Assembly (NCBI GenBank): GCA_052327205.1 | Contig: CM126209.1 | Location: 149,482,001 to 149,546,000 of the forward strand | DNA length: 64,000 nt | From: Somniosus microcephalus | Taxonomy: Eukaryota | Direction: 5' to 3' | Part shown: positions 1 to 12,436 of the stretch, in pieces | How positions within the stretch are numbered: position 1 is the stretch's first letter | How the letters are laid out: the number at the start of each line of letters is the position of its first letter | The notes under the pieces: model-generated | What the model was told of the DNA's origin: nothing | Databases searched by the model: none | What the model saw: the letters and a program-made list of their open reading frames with translations, nothing else | Translations under genes and position numbers: made by a program

Positions 1-1486
1 GTAGCCGCCGATGTCCGCCGACTGGGACTCGGAGGCCATAGAAATCCGCTGTTGCGCAGGCAGGACTGGGAGAGAGCAACGCCGCACCCGTGTCGGGGTG
101 GATGAAGCTCTCCGTGCTCCCAGAGTCAAAAAGGCAGATTGTATCGTGACCATTTACCTTAATGTCCATTGTGGAACTGGCCAGTTGGTGCGGTCTCGCT
201 TGGTCCAGTGTAACGGATGCCAGCGTAGGGGTCGGTGTGTCGCTGCGGGTATCAGATGAGGCGGTGTCGGGGGCCTGCTGCGTCCCGGCTGTCATCCAAG
301 ATGGCGGCGTCCCATGATCCCCATGTGGCTGGAGGCGTCCAAAATGGCTGCTGTACCGGTGATTCGCACATGGCCGGGGAGGTCCAAGATGGCGGCCCGC
401 ATGGCCCACATGCGGCGCTGCTGGGGTTCGGGGTGGCTTTGGCCCTGCAGACGCTAGCGTAGTGTCCCTTCTTCCCGCAGCCCGAGCAGATCGCGTTTTT
501 CGCCGGGCAGCGCGCTCTGGGGTGTTTTGCCTGGCCACAGAAGTAGCATTTCTGGCCTGGGGCACTGCTGTCTGGCCTTGGGACACTGCTGCGGTAGTTG
601 GGCCGTTGTTGGGGTGTGGCTGGGGTGGCACGGCGCTATGAGGCGGTCCTACCGTGTCCCAGGCTGTCATTCCCCGCGGCGTCCACGGTGCAGAGGAGTA
701 GGCATTCATGCCCTGGTAGGCTGCATCCAACGATAGTGCGAGTTCAGAGGCCTTGTTGAGGTCGAGGTTACTCTGCTCCAACAGTCGCTGTCGGGTGTAA
801 TTGGATCTGTGGCCCGCTACAAAAGCGTCCCGGATAAGTTCCTCTGTGTACACGGCGGCCTTTACATCCTTACAACCACAGGCCCGGCCAAGCACAGACA
901 GTGCCTGAAGGTATTCCACGGTCGATTCCCCAGGTTGTTGTTTACGACTCCCCAGAAGGTGCCTGGCGTACACTTCGTTCACTGGGCGCGTGTACTGGTC
1001 CTTGAGGAGCTTGATAGCGTCCGCGTACGAGGTCGCGTCTTGGATGACCGAGTACACTCGGTGGTTCACTTTGGAGGTCAGGACATCCAGTTTGTCCTCG
1101 TCCGATTTGATTGCTTCGGAGGCGGTCAGGAATTTTTCGAATCACTTAAGCCAGTGAGTAAACTTGGTGGATGAGTCCACCTCCCGATGATCTAAGTCCA
1201 GGCATGCTGGTGTGAGGATCTTCTCCATTATAAAAATGTTGTTAATAAAATTGATGCGCTGTCAATTACTCATAAAAGACTGAGAGTTAGAAGAGTAACT
1301 AAAGGCTTTTATTAACAACAGAATGGAGGTCTGCCTCGCGTGGTCGACCGGTCCATGATACTAAGGGCTAGGGAGCAGTCACCTTTATACTAGGACCTGT
1401 GGGAGGAGTCAGCCGAGGCATGTCCAGGCATGTACACAGTGGAATACAAACAGGACAAACAGGAATACAAACAGTGGTTTACCACA
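1..1486 (-). mobile_element. Ty3/Gypsy LTR retrotransposon copy A (5' LTR, gag, start of protease); runs off window start
   Basis: LTR 1252-1486; gag ATG at 1228 on the minus strand (MEKILTPACLDLD); CCHC knuckles and protease LFDSGS motif; nearly identical to 4862-6347. Confidence 0.93.
1252..1486 (-). repeat. 5' LTR of Gypsy copy A (235 bp)
   Basis: Minus strand reads TGTGGTAAACCAC...GCGCATCA, with TATAAAG and AATAAA; same termini as the paired LTRs of copies C and D. Confidence 0.9.
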
Positions 1487-2326
1487 CCCTTTCCCCCCCT
1501 CTTCCCCCTTTCCCCCATTCCCCCTTTCCCCTTTCCCCCTTCCCCCTTCCCCCTCTTCCCCCTTCTCCCCTTTTCCCCCCTCCCCCCTTCTTCCCCCTTT
1601 CCCCCCCTTCTTCCCCCTTTCCCCCCCCTTCTTCCCCCTTTCCCCCTTCCTTCCCCCTTTCCCCCTTCCCCCTTTCCCCCTTTCCCCCTTTCCCCCTTCC
1701 CCTTCCCCCTTTCCCCCTTTCCCCTTTCCCCCCTTCTTCCCCCCTCCCCCCTTCCCCCTTTCCCCCCTTCTTCCCCCTCCCCTTTCCCCCTTTCCCCCTT
1801 TCCCCCTTCTTCCCCTTCCCCCCCTTCCCCCTTTCCCCCCTTTCCCCCTCTTCCCCCTTTCCCTTCCCCTTTCCCCCTTTCCCCCCTTCCCCCTTCTTCC
1901 TCCCTCCTCCCCCTTTCCCCCCTCCCCCCTTCTTCCCCCTTTCCCCCTTTCCCCCTTCTTCCCCCTTTCCCCTTTCCCCCTTTCGCCCCTTCCCCCTTTC
2001 CCCTTTTTGCCCCTTCCCCCCTTTCCCCCCCTTTCCCCTTCTTCCCCCTTCCCCCTTCTCCCCCCCTCTTCCCCCTTTCCCCTTTCCCCCTTCCCCCTTC
2101 CCCCTTCTTCCCCCTTTCCCCCTTCCCTCCTTCCCCCTTCTTCCCCCCTTCTCCCTTCTCCCCCTTTCCCCCTTCTTCCCCCTTTCCCCCTTCCCCCTTC
2201 TTCACCCTTCCCCTTCCCCCTTCTTCCCCCTTCCCCTTCTTCCCCCTTTCCCCTCCTTCCCCCTTTCCCCTTATTCCCCTTCCCCCTTCTTCCCCTTCCC
2301 CCTTTCCCCCCCTTCCCCCCTTCCCC
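1487..2326. repeat. Polypyrimidine (C/T) low-complexity tract
   Basis: Almost only CCCCTT/CCCCTTT/CTT units; begins at the LTR edge and ends in an N gap. Confidence 0.97.
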
Positions 2327-2826
2327 NNNNNNNNNNNNNNNNNNNNNNNNNNNNNNNNNNNNNNNNNNNNNNNNNNNNNNNNNNNNNNNNNNNNNNNNNN
2401 NNNNNNNNNNNNNNNNNNNNNNNNNNNNNNNNNNNNNNNNNNNNNNNNNNNNNNNNNNNNNNNNNNNNNNNNNNNNNNNNNNNNNNNNNNNNNNNNNNNN
2501 NNNNNNNNNNNNNNNNNNNNNNNNNNNNNNNNNNNNNNNNNNNNNNNNNNNNNNNNNNNNNNNNNNNNNNNNNNNNNNNNNNNNNNNNNNNNNNNNNNNN
2601 NNNNNNNNNNNNNNNNNNNNNNNNNNNNNNNNNNNNNNNNNNNNNNNNNNNNNNNNNNNNNNNNNNNNNNNNNNNNNNNNNNNNNNNNNNNNNNNNNNNN
2701 NNNNNNNNNNNNNNNNNNNNNNNNNNNNNNNNNNNNNNNNNNNNNNNNNNNNNNNNNNNNNNNNNNNNNNNNNNNNNNNNNNNNNNNNNNNNNNNNNNNN
2801 NNNNNNNNNNNNNNNNNNNNNNNNNN
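2327..2826. other. Assembly gap (500 N)
   Basis: Run of N. Further gaps at 7182-7309 and 7686-7820. Confidence 0.99.
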
Positions 2827-5800
2827 GGACGGCCTTCCAAACTGTCGCATTTTCTCTTTCCACCTGTCCGTTCCCCCGGGGGTTGTAACTGGTGGTCCTG
2901 CTTGTGGCAATACCCCTAGTTAGCAGGTACTGACGGAGTTCGTCGCTCATAAACGATGAGCCCCGGTCGCTATGGATATAGCTGGGGAAGCCGAACAGGG
3001 TGAAGAGGTTGTTCAGACATTTAATGACCGTGGCACTGGTCATGTCCGGGCAGGGGAAGGCGAACGGGAAACGGGAGTACTCATCAATAATATTGAGGAA
3101 GTACACATTGCGGTCGGAGGAGGGAGAGGCCCTTTAAAATCGACGCTCAGGCGCTCGAAGGGGCGAGTGGCTTTTATCAGGTGGGCCCTGTCTGGTCTAT
3201 AAAAGTGCGGTTTGCACTCAGCGCAGACTGGCAGTTCTGGTCATGGTCCTGACCTCCTCAATAGAGTAAGGCAGGTTGCGGGCCTTGATGAAGTGGAAGA
3301 ACCTGGTGACCCCCGGGTGGCAGAGGTCATTGTGGAGGGCCGCAGTCTATCGATCTGCGCGCTGGCGCAGGTGCCACGCGATAGCGCATCCGGGGTTCAT
3401 TTAGCTTCCCGGCCGTACAAGATCTCGTAGTTGTAGGTGGAAAGTTCGATTCTCCACCTCAAGATCTTGTCATTTTTGATTTTGCCCCTCTGCTTGTTGT
3501 TAAACATAAAAGCAACTGAACGCTGGTCAGTGAGCAGGGTAAATCGTTTTCCGGCCAGGTAGTGCCTCCAATGACGCACAGCCTCCACAATCGCCTGGGC
3601 CTCCTTCTCACAGCGGAGTGTCTGGTCTCCGGCCTTGGAGGGTTCGTGAAAAGAAGGCCACGGGTCTCCCCGCCTGATTGAGGGTAGCGGCCAGGGCAAA
3701 GTCAGACGCGTCGCTTTCCACCTGGAAGGGGATGGATTCGTCCACTGCGTGCATGGTGGCTTTGGCAATGTCCTCCTTGATACGGTGGAAGGCTAAGCGG
3801 GCCTCTGCGTCAAGGGAAAAGAGGTTGGACTTGATCAGCGGACGGGCCTTGTCCGCATAGTAGGGGACCCACTGGGCGTAATAGGAGAAAAACCCTAGGC
3901 ACCTCTTCAGGGCCTTGAGGCAGTGGGGCAGTGGAAGTTCCATAAGGGGACGCATCCGGTCGGGGTCGGGGCCGATGACTCCGTGTTCCACAACACAGCC
4001 AAGGATGGCGAGGCGGTTTGTGCGGAATATGCACTTCTCCTTGTTATATGTCAGGTTTAGGAGTTGGGCGGTGCGGAGGAATTTTTCGAGGTTTGCGTCA
4101 TGGTCCTGCAAGTCACGGCCGCAGATGGTCACATTGTCCAGATATGGGAAAGTGGCCTGCAACGCATTTTGATCTACCATCCGGTCCATCTCCCTTTGGA
4201 AGACGGAGACCCCGTTGGTGACGCAAAGGGAACCCTAAGGAAGTGATAGAGGCGGCCGTTTGCCTCAAAGGCAGTGTACTGGCGGTCCTCAGGGCGGATG
4301 GGGAGCTGGTGGTACGCTGATTTCAGGTCAATGGTCGAGAAGACGCGGTACTGCGCGATCTGGTTGACCATATCAGCTATACGGGGGAGTGGGTAGGCGT
4401 CCAGCAGGGTGTAGCGATTTATTGTCTGGCTGTAGTCGAATGACCAGGCGCTGCTTCTCGCCGGTCTTAACGACCACAACCTGGGCTCGCCAGGGGCTGG
4501 TGCTGCCCTCAATAATCCCTTCTTTCAGGAGCCGCTCCACTTCGGTTTTAATGAAAACCCTGTCCCGGCACTGTATCGCCTGCTCTTTGTGCGATGGGCT
4601 TACAGTCGGGGGTGAGGTTAGCAAACAGTTGCGGGGGGTGACTCTGAGTGTGGAGAGGTTGCACCTGGTGCGCGGCGGGCAGTTTGGAAGCTGCTGGCTG
4701 CGGACTGTGAGTGGGGGTAGGGGTCCACCGTACGCCATCGTAACACTTTTAAGGTGGCACTGAAAATCTAACCCCAGCAGGACGGCAGCGCAGAGGTCAG
4801 GCAGGACCAGAAGTTTAAAATGATCGTACACGGTCCCGTCTACTACGAGTGTCACCACGCAGTAGCCGCCGATGTCCGCCGACTGGGACTCGGAGGCCAT
4901 AGAAATCCGCTGTTGCGCAGGCAGGACTGGGAGAGAGCAACGCCGCACCGTGTCGGGGTGGATGAAGCTCTCCGTGCTCCCAGAGTCAAAAAGGCAGATT
5001 GTATCGTGACCATTTACCTTAATGTCCATTGTGGAACTGGCCAGTTGGTGCGGTCTCGCTTGGTCCAGTGTAATGGATGCCAGCGTAGGGGTCGGTGTGT
5101 CGCTGCGGGTATCAGATGAGGCGGTGTCGGGGGCCTGCTGCGTCCCGGCTGTCATCCAAGATGGCGGCGTCCATGATCCCCATGTGGCTGGAGGCATCCA
5201 AAATGGCTGCTGTACCGGTGATTCGCACATGGCCGGGGGAGGTCCAAGATGGCGGCCCGCATGGCCCACACGCGGCGCTGCTGGGGTTCGGGGTGGCTTT
5301 GGCCCTGCAGATGCTAGCGTAGTGTCCCTTCTTCCCGCAGCCCGAGCAGATCGCGTTTTTTCGCCGGGCAAGCGCGCTCTGGGGTGTTTTGCCTGGCCAC
5401 AGAAGTAGCATTTCTGGCCTTGGGGCACTGCTGTCTGGCCTTGGGACACTGCTGCGGTAGTTGGGCCGTTGTTGGGGTGTGGCTGGGGTGGCACGGCGCT
5501 ATGAGGCGGTCCTACCGTGTCCCAGGCTGTCCATTCCCGCGGCGTCCACGGTGCAGAGGAGTAGGCATTCATGCCCTGGTAGGCTGCATCCAACGATAGT
5601 GCGAGTTCAGAGGCCTTGTTGAGGTCGAGGTTACTCTGCTCCAACAGTCGCTGTCGGGTGTAATTGGATCTGTGGCCCGCTACAAAAGCGTCCCGGATAA
5701 GTTCCTCTGTGTACACGGCGGCCTTTACATCCTTACAACCACAGGCCCGGCCAAGCACAGACAGTGCCTGAAGGTATTCCACGGTCGATTCCCCAGGTTG

Positions 5801-6090
5801 TTGTTTACGACTCCCCAGAAGGTGCCTGCGTACACTTCGTTCACTGGGCGCGTGTACTGGTCCTTGAGGAGCTTGATAGCGTCCGCGTACGAGGTCGCGT
5901 CTTGGATGACCGAGTACACTCGGTGGTTCACTTTGGAGGTCAGGACATCCAGTTTGTCCTCGTCCGATTTGATTGCTTCGGAGGCGGTCAGGAATTTTTC
6001 GAATCACTTAAGCCAGTGAGTAAACTTGGTGGATGAGTCCACCTCCCGATGATCTAAGTCCAGGCATGCTGGTGTGAGGATCTTCTCCAT
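2827..6090 (-). pseudogene. Frameshifted gag-pol of copy B
   Basis: ATG at 6090; fragments with LFDSGS (protease), IDLKSAYHQ and FPYLDN (RT), ESDASDF and TDQRS (RNase H), IIDEYSR / HSDRGSSF / GQVERE (integrase DDE). Many single-base indels that may be sequencing errors. Confidence 0.88.
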
Positions 6091-6113
6091 TATAAAAATG
6101 TTGTTAATAAAAT

Positions 6114-6347
6114 TGATGCGCTGTCAATTACTCATAAAAGACTGAGAGTTAGAAGAGTAACTAAAGGCTTTATTAACAACAGAATGGAGATCTGCCTCGC
6201 GTGGTCGACCGGTCATGATACTAAGGGGCTAGGGAGCAGTCACCTTTATACTAGGACCTGTGGGAGGAGTCAGCCGAGGCATGTCCAGGCAGGTACACAG
6301 TGGAATACAAACAGGACAAACAGGAATACAAACAGTGGTTTACCACA
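6114..6347 (-). repeat. 5' LTR of Gypsy copy B
   Basis: Near-identical to 1252-1486. Confidence 0.9.
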
Positions 6348-9300
6348 CCTTTCCCCCTCTTCCCCTTTCCCCCATCCCCCTTTCCCCTTTCCCCCTTCCC
6401 CCTTCCCCCTCTTCCCCTTCTTCCCCCTTTCCCCCCTCCCCCCTTCTTCCTCCTTTCCCCCTTCTTCCCCTTTCCCCCCCCCCCTTCTTCCCCCTTTCCC
6501 CCTTTCCCTCTTCTTCCCCCTTCCCCCTTCCCCCTTTCCCCCTTTCCCCTTTCCCTTCCCCCTTCCCCCCTTTCCCCCCTTCTTTCCCCCTCCCTTTCCC
6601 CCTTCTTCCCCTTCCCCCTTCCCCCTTTCCCCCTTTCCCCCTCTCCCCCTCCCTTCCCACTTCCCCTTCCCCCCTTCCCCTTCCCCCTCTTCCTCCTTCC
6701 CCCTTTCCCCCTCCCCCTTCTTCCCCCTTTCCCCCTTTCCCCCTTCTTCCCCCTTTCCCCTTTCCCCCTTTCGCCCCTTCCCCCTTTCCCCCCCTTCCCC
6801 CTTTTGCCCCTTCCCCCTTTCCCCCCTTTCCCCTTCTTCCCCTTCCCCCTTCTCCCCTTCTTCCCCCCTCTTCCCCCTCTTCCCCCTTCCCCTTTCCCCC
6901 TTCCCCCTTCCCCTTCTTCCCCTTTCCCCCTTCCCTCCTTCCCCTTCTTCCCCCCTCTCCCTTCTTCCCCTTTCCCCCTTCTTCCCCCCTTTCCCCCCTT
7001 CCCCCTTCTTCACCCTTCCCCCTTACCCCTTCTTCCCCTTCTCCCCTTCTTCCCCCTTTTCCCCTCCTTCCCCCTTTCCCTTATTCCCTTCCCCCTTCTT
7101 CCCTTCCCCCCTTTCCCCCCCTTCCCCCCTTCCCCCCTTCCCCTTTCTCCCCCTTCCCCCTTTCTCCCCCCTTCCCCTTCTNNNNNNNNNNNNNNNNNNN
7201 NNNNNNNNNNNNNNNNNNNNNNNNNNNNNNNNNNNNNNNNNNNNNNNNNNNNNNNNNNNNNNNNNNNNNNNNNNNNNNNNNNNNNNNNNNNNNNNNNNNN
7301 NNNNNNNNNCCCCTATCTCACCCTTCCCCCTTCTCCCCACCCTTCCCCCTTTCTCCCCCCTCCCCTTCTTCCCCCTTCTTCCCTTCCCCCTTCTTCCCCC
7401 CCCCCCTTCCCCTTCTTCCCCTCTCCCCCCCTCCCCCTTACCCCCTCTTCCCCTTCTTCCCCTTCCCCTTTCTCCCCTTCCCACCCCTTCCCCTTTTCTC
7501 CCCCTTCCCCTTCCCCTTTCTCCCCTTCCCCCCTTCCCCCTTCTTCCCCTTCCCCTTCTTCCCCTTCCCCCTTCTTCCCCTTTCCCCCCTTCTCGCCCTT
7601 CCCCCTTTCTCCCCCTTCCCCCCTTTCTCCCCTTCCCCCTTCCCCCTTTCTCCCCCTTCCCCCTTCCTTCCCCCTTTCCCCCTTANNNNNNNNNNNNNNN
7701 NNNNNNNNNNNNNNNNNNNNNNNNNNNNNNNNNNNNNNNNNNNNNNNNNNNNNNNNNNNNNNNNNNNNNNNNNNNNNNNNNNNNNNNNNNNNNNNNNNNN
7801 NNNNNNNNNNNNNNNNNNNNTCCCCTTTCTCACCCTCCCCCCTTCCCCTTTCTCCCCCTTCCCCCTTCTCACCCTTCCCTTCCTTCTTCCCCCTTCCCCC
7901 TTCTTCCCCTTCCCCCTTCTTCCCCTTCCCCCTTCTTCCCCTTCCCCCTTCTTCCCTTTCCCCCCTTCCCCCTTCTCCCCTTTCCCCCCTTCTCCCCTTC
8001 CCCCTTTCTCCCCCTTCCCCCTTCCTCCCCCTTTCTCCCCCTTCCCCCTTTCTCCCCTTCCCCCTTTCTCCCCTTCCCCTTTCCCCCTCCCCTTTCTCCC
8101 CCTTCCCCCTTCCTTCCCCCTTTCCCCCTTTTCCCCCTTTCCCCCCTTCCCCCCTTCTTCCTCCTTTCCCCCTTCTTCCCCTTCCCCCTTCTTCCCCTTC
8201 CCCTTCTTCCCCTTCCAACTTCTTCCCCTTCCCTCTTCTTCCCCTTCCCCCTTCTTCCCCTTCCCCCTTCCCCCTTCTTCCCCTTCCCCCCTTCCTCCCC
8301 CTTCTTCCCCTTTCCCCCCGCTCTTCCCCCTTCCCCCCTTCTTCCCCCTTCCCCTTCTTCCCCCTTCCCCCTTCCCCCTTCTCCCCCCTTCCCCCTTCTT
8401 CCCCCTTCCCCCCTTCTTCCCCTTCCCCCCTTCTTCCCCCTTCCCCCCTTCTCCCCTTCTCCCCTTCCCCCTTCTTCCCCCTTCCCCCCTTCTTCCCTTT
8501 CCCCTTCTTCCCCTTCCCCCCCTTCCCCCTTCTCCCCCTTCTTCCCCCTTCCCCCCTTCTTCCCCCTTCTTCCCCTTCCCCCCTTCTCCCCTTCTTCCCC
8601 TTTCCCCTTCTTCCCCTTTCCCCCTTCCCCCCTTCTTCCCCCTTCCCCCCTTCTTCCCCCTTCTTCCCCCTTCCCCCCTTCTCCCCTTCTTCCCCTTTCC
8701 CCTTCTTCCCCTTTCCCCCTTCCCCCCTTCTTCCCCCTTCCCCCCTTCTTCCCCCTTCTTCCCCTTTCCCCCTTCCCTCCTTCCCCCCTTTCTCCCCCTT
8801 CCCCCCTTTCTCCCCCTTCCCCCTTTCTCCCTTTCTCCCCCTTCCCCCTTTCTCCCCCTTCCCCTTTCTCCCCCTTCCCCCCTTTCTCCCCCTTCCCCCC
8901 CTTCCCCCCTTTCTCCCCCTTCCCCCCTTTCTCCCCCTTCCCCCTTTCTCCCCCTTCCCCCTTTCTCCCCCCTTTCTCCCCTTCCCCCTTTCTCCCCCTT
9001 TCTCCCCTTCCCCCTTCCCCCTTTCCCCCCCTTCCCCTTTCTCCCCCCTTTCTCCCCCTCCCCCTTTCTCCCCCTCCCCCTTTCTCCCCTTCCCCCTTTT
9101 CTCCCCCTTCCCCCTTTCTCCCCCTTCTCCCCCTTCCCCCTTTTCTCCCCCTTCCCCCTTTCTCCCCCCTTTCTCCCCCTTCCCCCTTTCTCCCCCTTTC
9201 TCCCCTTCCCCCTTTCTCCCCCTTCCCCCTTTCCCCCCTTCCCCCTTTCTCCCCCTTCCCCCTTCCTTCCCCCTTCCCCCTTTCTCCCCCTTCCCCCCTT

Positions 9301-10110
9301 CCTTCCCCCTTTCTCCCCCTTCCCCCCTTCCTTCCCCCCTTCCCCCTTTCTCCCCCTTCCCCCCTTCCTTCCCCCTTTCCCCCTTTCTCCCCCTTCCCCC
9401 TTCCTTCCCCCTTCCCCCTTTCCCCCCTTTCCCCCTTCCTTCCCCCTTTCCCCCCCTTTCCCCCCTTTCCCCCCTTCTTCCCCTTTCCCCTCTTCCCCCT
9501 CCTTCCCCCTTTCCCCTTCTTCCCCCTTCTTCCCCCTTTCCCCTTCTTCCCCCTTTCCCCTTCTTCCCCCTTTCCCCTTATTCCCCCTTCTTCCCCCTTT
9601 CCCCTTATTCCCCCTTCTTCCCCCTTTCCCCGTCTTCCCCCTTTCCCCCTCTTCCCCCTTTCCCCTTCTTCCCCCTTTCCCCTCTTCCCCCTTCTTCCCC
9701 CTTTCCCCTTCTTCCCCCTTTCCCCTTATTCCCCCTTCTCCCCCCTTTCCCCTTCTTCCCCCTTTCCCCTTATACCCCCTTTCCCCTTATTCCCCCTTTC
9801 CCCTTATTCCCCCTTCTTCCCCCTTTCCCCTTCTTCCCCCTTCTTCCCCCTTTCCCCCTTCTTCCCCCTTTCCCCTTATTCCCCCTTTTTCCCCCTTCTT
9901 CCCCCTTTCCCCTTATTCTCCCTTTCCCCTTCTTCCCCCTTTCCCCTTCTTCCCCTTTCCCCTCTTCCCCCTTTCCCCTTCTTCCCCTCTTCCCCCTTAT
10001 TCCCCCTTCTTCCCCCTTTCCCCTTCTTCCCCCTTTCCCCTTCTTCCCCCTTCTTCCCCCTTTCCCCTTCTTCCCCCTTTCCCCCCTTCCCCCCCTTCTT
10101 CCCCCCTCTC
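6348..10110. repeat. Long polypyrimidine/polypurine tract with two internal gaps
   Basis: About 3.5 kb of called sequence is nearly pure C/T on the + strand. Confidence 0.97.
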
Positions 10111-10708
10111 CTCAGTCTCTCCCTCTGTTCCCCCCAGTCGCTCTCTCTCTTCCCCCCTTTCCCCCCCTTCCCCCCCTTCTTCCCCCCTCTCCTCAGTCTC
10201 TCCCTCTGTTCCCCCCAGTCGCTCTCTCTCTTCCCCCCCTTTCCCCCCCTTCCCCCCTTCCCCCCAGTCGCTCTCTCTCTTCCCCCCAGTCACTCTCTCT
10301 CTTCCCCCCAGTCGCTCTCTCTCTTCCCCCCCAGTCACTCTCTCTCTTCCCCCCCAGTCGCTCTCTCTTCCCCCCAGTCGCTCTCTCTCTTCCCCCCAGT
10401 CGCTCTCTCTCTTCCCCCCCAGTCACTCTCTCTCTTCCACCCCAGTCGCTCTCTCTCTTCCCCCCCAGTCGCTCTCTCTCTTCCCCCCCAGTCGCTCTCT
10501 CTTCCCCCCAGTCGCTCTCTCTCTTCCCCCCCAGTCGCTCTCTCTCTTCCCCCCAGTCGCTCTCTCTCTTCCCCCCCAGTCGCTCTCTCTCTTCCCCCCA
10601 GTCGCTCTCTCTCTTCCCCCCCAGTCGCTCTCTCTCTTCCCCCCCAGTCGCTCTCTCTTCCCCCCAGTCGCTCTCTCTCTTCCCCCCAGTCGCTCTCTCT
10701 CTCTCTTC
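10111..10708. repeat. Minisatellite, ~19-22 bp unit CCCCCAGTCGCTCTCTCTCTT
   Basis: More than 20 tandem units with variable C and CT run lengths. Confidence 0.93.
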
Positions 10709-12168
10709 CAACAACAACATGCCCTTGAAAAAGCCTCGGCACCGCCGGGCACTCCAGCTAGTCTTCAATAACATTAATATTATAAAAGAACAAGCTTGCA
10801 TTGGAGTTGTTTATTGTGAAGGCATCATTTTCCAAATGATTAATTCACTGATGTTGGAGAACTGATGATTTTCTTTAGTCTTCCATGGGGGAAATTTACA
10901 TAATTGATGGATGGTTTTCTTGAGCACAGCTGTATTCCGTATATTGTAAAATTAATGCTTTCAATTGGGGTAAATTGGTCATTATTATTTAATTTCGAAA
11001 AGACTGGTAAATTGGCCTGAAACAATGTTGTTAATTTGCTCTTGAGGTAAGAGCAGTGCAATGGGATTTTAAAGAAATCTTCTGTTATTTTCAAGTACTT
11101 TCTGCAGCAGCTGAGATCAATGGAATGACTTGGTTAAAAGAGTGCAAGCCGTAGGGTTAATGTTACTGATGGCAGTGAATAGAATACAGAGTATGATAAT
11201 GCCTCAATCTTACCATCAGTGTTCAAAAGAAATAGAGGCAGTAAGTATTACAAATTACTTTTACTCCCTTACTGTAAAAAAAAATGAATGTACCCCTAAT
11301 TTCAAGCTATTAGGCCTTTCAATGCGTCAAACCTCTGTTGTAAATCACAGAGCCACCACATCAGTTGGCTTCCTGAAGTCCCCTTTGCCGATGCAAAAAA
11401 TTCAAAGCTGTGCTCAATTAATCGTTACAAACTTCTGGGCCCACTAGATGAGCATGAATCTTTAAAACAATAGTGTTGTCTTATCCAACTTTCCAGGGTT
11501 AAAATCATTGAGCTAACCTAAACTATTGATACAAAAGCAAAGCTATTGTTAGTTCACCTGAAATTCCCTTTTCTTTGTGGGTAAAATGGACATTCTGCGT
11601 TGGGCTTAGAAGGTGTAAACTCTGGTAACCCAGATCTAAGATGAATTCCACTGTTTTGTTGAAATTTAGAGTGGCTGTTCAAATGATTTGTCTGACCTGG
11701 AGATATATAATCCTTTGACTGAGGTGTACATTTGGATCATGTTTAGCTTGTTTTGATCTGTTCATCAGCAGGTATTGTAATTGGCTTGTCTGCAAATACA
11801 AGAGTTAAACTAGCTAAAGTTTCATATGATGTGTGTTTACTTTCTCATTAGCATTCCAATGATCCCCATGATATTGCAATTAAATCTTTAATTTGCACAT
11901 CTACACGACTGACATGTCAAAACATAATTTATTGCCTTGATCATGGGTGATCAACCCTATCTTTAATGGTAAATTTAAATTGATGGAAAGTACTTTTAAA
12001 ACTGATCTTGGAAAATGTTATTACTCAAGGAGTGATGCACCATTTGGAATGATGTACTAGCTAAAGTAGTGGGAGTAAGGAGGTCAGAGGAGTTCACAGT
12101 GCAGCTGGATGCTAAGCTCAGTGAGTTGACTAGATGGATGTTTACAATGGGCCATTTTGCCTTTTACT

Positions 12169-12436
12169 TATGTTAGGGAATGCAGAAAAACCTTCTCTAC
12201 CCAGAGAGTGGTGAGAATGTGGAACTTGCTACCACAGGGAGTGGTTGAGCTGAATCGTATAGAAGCATTTAAGAGGAAGTTAGATAAGCATATGAGAGAG
12301 AGAGAGAGAAGGGAATAGAGGGTTATGCTGAGGATGGTTAGATGAGGAAAGACGGGAGGAGGCTCGAGTGGAGCATAAATGCCGGCATGGACTAGCTGGG
12401 CCAAATGGCCTGTTTCTGTGCTGTATATTATATGTA
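12169..12436 (+). mobile_element. CR1-type LINE 3' end fragment
   Basis: Encodes a TQRVVRMWNLLP...FKRKLDK-like ORF2 tail, followed by the gggcc.aatggcctg 3' stem motif; tail-to-tail with the next CR1. Confidence 0.7.

Larger units (their letters stand above)
2827..6347 (-). mobile_element. Ty3/Gypsy LTR retrotransposon copy B (3' end lost in gap)
   Basis: LTR 6114-6347, then gag-PR-RT-RNaseH-IN order on the minus strand. Confidence 0.95.

Noticed and set aside
10111-10708. Regular repeat array as a CRISPR
   Set aside because: Head-to-tail units with no unique spacers, no cas genes, eukaryotic context.
6184-10865. 1500-aa Pro/Phe/Ser/Leu ORFs and Gly/Lys/Glu/Arg antisense ORFs (also 1390-3106)
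   Set aside because: C/T-only sequence and N gaps cannot contain stop codons; open in all frames, so not genes.
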